From Vitrella brassicaformis CCMP3155 (lineage: Eukaryota > Protista > Chromerida): a stretch of DNA of 64,000 nucleotides. The position numbers and the translations under genes were made by a program. The stretch spans positions 310,001 to 374,000 of the forward strand of contig CDMY01000255.1 of the NCBI GenBank assembly GCA_001179505.1, in the 5' to 3' direction. Positions 60,870 to 64,000 of this stretch are shown in pieces (positions within the stretch are counted from its first letter, which is position 1; each line of letters begins with the position of its first letter). The notes under the pieces were generated by a model. It saw only the letters and a program-made list of their open reading frames with translations. It had not been told where the DNA came from and did not search any database.

Positions 60870-63800
60870 ATGGACTCCATGGCGCTGTGGAGCACTGTTG
60901 CGGTGCAGCATTTCATGAGTTACATCGTCTGGATCAACGGTGCGTCATCGTTTGTTCCTGTGCCTGTTGTGCTGCCCTTGAAGAGAAGGCGAAGGCTGCA
61001 TTCCGCCACAAGACTGCAGCGAGTGTCTGTGTCATCATGGAGAGAGACTGTCGATGGTGCCCTGAAGGAGACTAGTGGCGATGATGATGCGACCGGCCGT
61101 GTCTACCCACGCGACGGGAGGGACTGGCCAGCAGAGAGCGACGATGACCTGGTGTCTTACCTCACCGTTGACGATGCCTTCGGCGTCACGTCGGCCTCTT
61201 TTGATGAGGGCTTCTCTCCCGCCTCCGAGGAGGATCGTACCGCTAGTCGAGAGGCACACTGCAGGCAAGCTCCCTTCAACGGCCAAGAGTCCGGACTCGC
61301 GGCATCGACGGCAACTCCCCGGGAGCGGCGAGATCCGACAATCTCGACAGAGCCCGCACTATCGTTTCGGAAGGTCCGAAGCGAAGCGGCGCCAAGTGTG
61401 CAGAAGCGGGCAGATGGGGGAGCCTCACGGGCACCAGACGAGCGGCAGCCTCAGTATGTGCCTGAAATTATCCGGTTGGCCCGGAATGGTGACATTGACG
61501 GGGCGATGGAGCTGCTCGAGCGGTACGAGGAGTCTCGCGTGAAGCGCGTCGGCGACAGGGTGCACTTGAACGTCAATCGGGACTGCTACACCGTGTTGCT
61601 GAATGTGTGTGCGCTGGACCACGACATCACGAGGACCCTTACAGTGTACTCCAAGATGGTCAATGCCAATCTGGACCTCACCGAGCCCGACTATGTCGCT
61701 CTCATACGCGCCTATGCCAAGAACAGCCAGCTCAAAGAGGCATTCCAGATCGCCCTTTCCATGATCCAACAGGTATTCGATGCGGGCCGGGGGTCACAAA
61801 GCCTCATGCCATCCATTATCTATCGTGTGTCGTGCCTGATGGATGCGTTCGTTTCTGCCCGTCCTTTCTTTCTTGGTCAAGGGAATAGCGCCGAAGCTGC
61901 GAACATACAATCCCATCTTAGAAGGGCTGTGCAGTCAGGGTGACTTGGACGGAATATTCGATTTACTGCAGCACATGAAGCACCAAGCTCTCTTCCCGGG
62001 TGAGCCAGACAAACACGGGGCTGAGAGGGCGATTCGCTCATGAGTGGTGGTCTGTGTGCGTGTGTGTGTGTGTGTTTGATTCATTCACTCATTCAGCTCA
62101 CGAGGAGATTCTTCTTACCCTGCGGACTCTCAAAGATCACGGGCTGCTGTTCAGCGGCGACGCTTTGTGGCAGGAACGAGTCAACTTTCTGATGAATCTT
62201 CTGATCGAGGAGACATCCGACCTTCACGTACGGGTGGCGGAGGACTTTGTGCGTGAGCTTGCCCCTACCGCCCCACGAGAAGGAGCTACATCAACAGGAG
62301 GGCAAGAGCCCCCCCCACGGGCGGCAGCGAGGATAGTGTCGATCGAAGATGGCTGGTGTCCTGCGTGTGGCGAGAGGCTGGAAACGGTGCGATTGGACTC
62401 GAGGGAGGGACGGCGACTAAGGCTGGCAGTGCTCAAACTCGCCGCGCTCAGCCATCCCAAGGAGGTCTGCGGACTCGAGATATTCAGGAGATTCCTCATG
62501 AGGTCACATCAGCCACCCAGCAAGGCCTGGATGCACACTGTCGCACATCCATCTTAGGGGACACACACTTACAGGCAGATTGATGGGTATGATGTGACGT
62601 GGCGTATGAATGTGTCCATCCATCGTGTTGTGTGCAGCCGCGGTCCGTTTACGATGATATTGGATGCGCCCAACATAGCGTACCAGCGCCAGAACACGAA
62701 TAGGGGTCACTTCAGCTACCTGCAGATTGAGATGGTTAAGGAGGAGCTCGTGCGGCGAGGCGAGCGGCCGCTTATCGTCCTCCCCAGGCACTATTACTGG
62801 GACAGGGTCAAAGTCCCCAACTGCTCCAAAGGCACAATTCGCACACTCGCAAGGTAGGGACACACAAACCGGACTGTATGTATGTATTTACTACCCCTAC
62901 AGGGAGGGAGGGAGGAACGCAACAACCAGGAGACAGACAGACAGACAGACAGGCCAGCCGGCAGTGAGTGCGTCAGGAGTCCCACTTGGCTTGCGTGAAG
63001 CATCATGATACGTGTCCGTCCGCGTATGTGAGTATGGTTGACTTGGCTGCCCGTTTGTCTGTCTGTCTGTCTGTCTCGCTGACCAGGGAGGTGTACAGCG
63101 AGCGTACGGTGAATTGGGACGTACTTGCGCCTGAGGACAAGGAGCTGGTCAAGAAGTGGGAGGACGAGGGATGCCTATTCGTATGCAACTTCAAGGTACC
63201 ATGGCACCGCATCGCACTGCAGCCACAGGGGGAAAGAATGAATCGCGAGCTAGGTGCTGTGTGTCACTATATCCCTCCCTGTTGGTTGCGATGCAACTGC
63301 TGGTGTTTGCTTTGCAGGCGCACGATGATTACTACTGGATACTGGCGACGCTGATGGAGGACACGACCCTTCTGCATGAGTCGGTGCCCAACAACATGAA
63401 GGCTCAGTTCCTCAGGAGGCTGGACGACTATCGAGCCAGTCGGGGTGAGGGCGGTGGGGCCGGGGGTGAGACGGCCGTCAGCACCATCGGGCGAAACCAC
63501 CCGCCTGTCTATATTGTCACCAACGACCTCCTCAGAGACCATCACCTCACCATGCTAGGTCAGGTGGCACCCACCCACACATGCCAACAAGGGAAGGAAC
63601 TAGCGAGGGAGGGAGCGAGGGAGGGCCTGCCTGCATGCCTGCCAAGATGGTCTGTCTGCAACGTGTGTTTCCCTTCATGTTGTGCCCGCCTCCTTCTGTA
63701 GAGCCCCGAGCGTTTCGTCGGTGGCGGTCCTCGACGCTCATTAATTTCGACTTTGAGCGACCTATCTCACGTAAGGACCAGGGGTCGTCTGTGTATCTGT

Positions 63801-64000
63801 GTATATGTGTATCTGTGTATCTGTGTATCTGTGTGTATGTGTGTATGGGTCCCTCCCTCCCAGATCTGGACCCCCAATCCCTCTCCCGCAGGCCCGACTT
63901 TCACGTGCAATGGCCGCCCACCTTTTCCCGCGAGCCGCAGAAGGTCGAGGGGAGGAGGTGCTGGCACATACCCGTCTGGTACCCTGACCAATGGCGGGAA
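60870..64000 (+). CDS. PRORP: Protein-only RNase P (PRORP): PPR repeats + Zn site + NYN nuclease; runs off the window
   Basis: PPR motifs YTVLLNVCA..., YVALIRAYAK... and TYNPILEGLC; CPACG; ILDAPNIAY; PLIVLPRHY; DDYYWILA; IVTNDLLRDH; FRRWR. The N-terminus resembles a signal plus transit peptide. Confidence 0.9.

Noticed and set aside
1-64000. CRISPR arrays, transposase or reverse-transcriptase ORFs, tRNA and rRNA genes
   Set aside because: I saw no repeat-spacer arrays, no DDE, RT or gag motifs and no cloverleaf or rRNA signatures. tRNAscan-SE, Infernal and RepeatMasker would be needed to exclude small or degenerate copies.

Overview
Eukaryotic, intron-rich genomic DNA with GT-AG introns full of (CA)n, (TCTG)n and (GGAT)n microsatellites and two 300-N assembly gaps. 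The combination of apicortin, laforin, bipartite plastid-type leaders and this intron style points to a chromerid alga such as Vitrella (inference). I can support 22 genes whose start lies in the window, plus the 3' end of one more. In order: PKD2/TRPP channel, alpha/beta-hydrolase, aldose 1-epimerase, CEPT-type phosphotransferase, YeaK-like tRNA deacylase, FIGNL1-like AAA ATPase, 3xPAN/Apple-GH3 glycosidase, orphan membrane protein, ExoIII/APE1, PMS2, gamma-SNAP, histone-fold protein, uS2-like protein, UTP11, ankyrin/alpha-kinase-like protein, ML-domain protein, apicortin, capping guanylyltransferase, poly(A) polymerase, DDX60-like helicase, laforin and PRORP. Four observations stand out. (1) A motif, AGCTCGC(A), recurs in 9 start-proximal regions, and 18 of the 22 genes sit in tight head-to-head pairs. 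(2) One gene fuses ankyrin repeats to an apparently inactive alpha-kinase and is paired with an ML lipid-recognition gene. (3) A secreted GH3 exoglucanase carries three PAN/Apple domains. (4) A roughly 10 kb lower-GC, microsatellite-free island has a boundary inside the DDX60-like gene. I saw no tRNA, rRNA, CRISPR array or mobile element. Exon structures were assembled by eye, CDS coordinates are outer gene bounds, and family calls come from remembered motifs rather than database searches.
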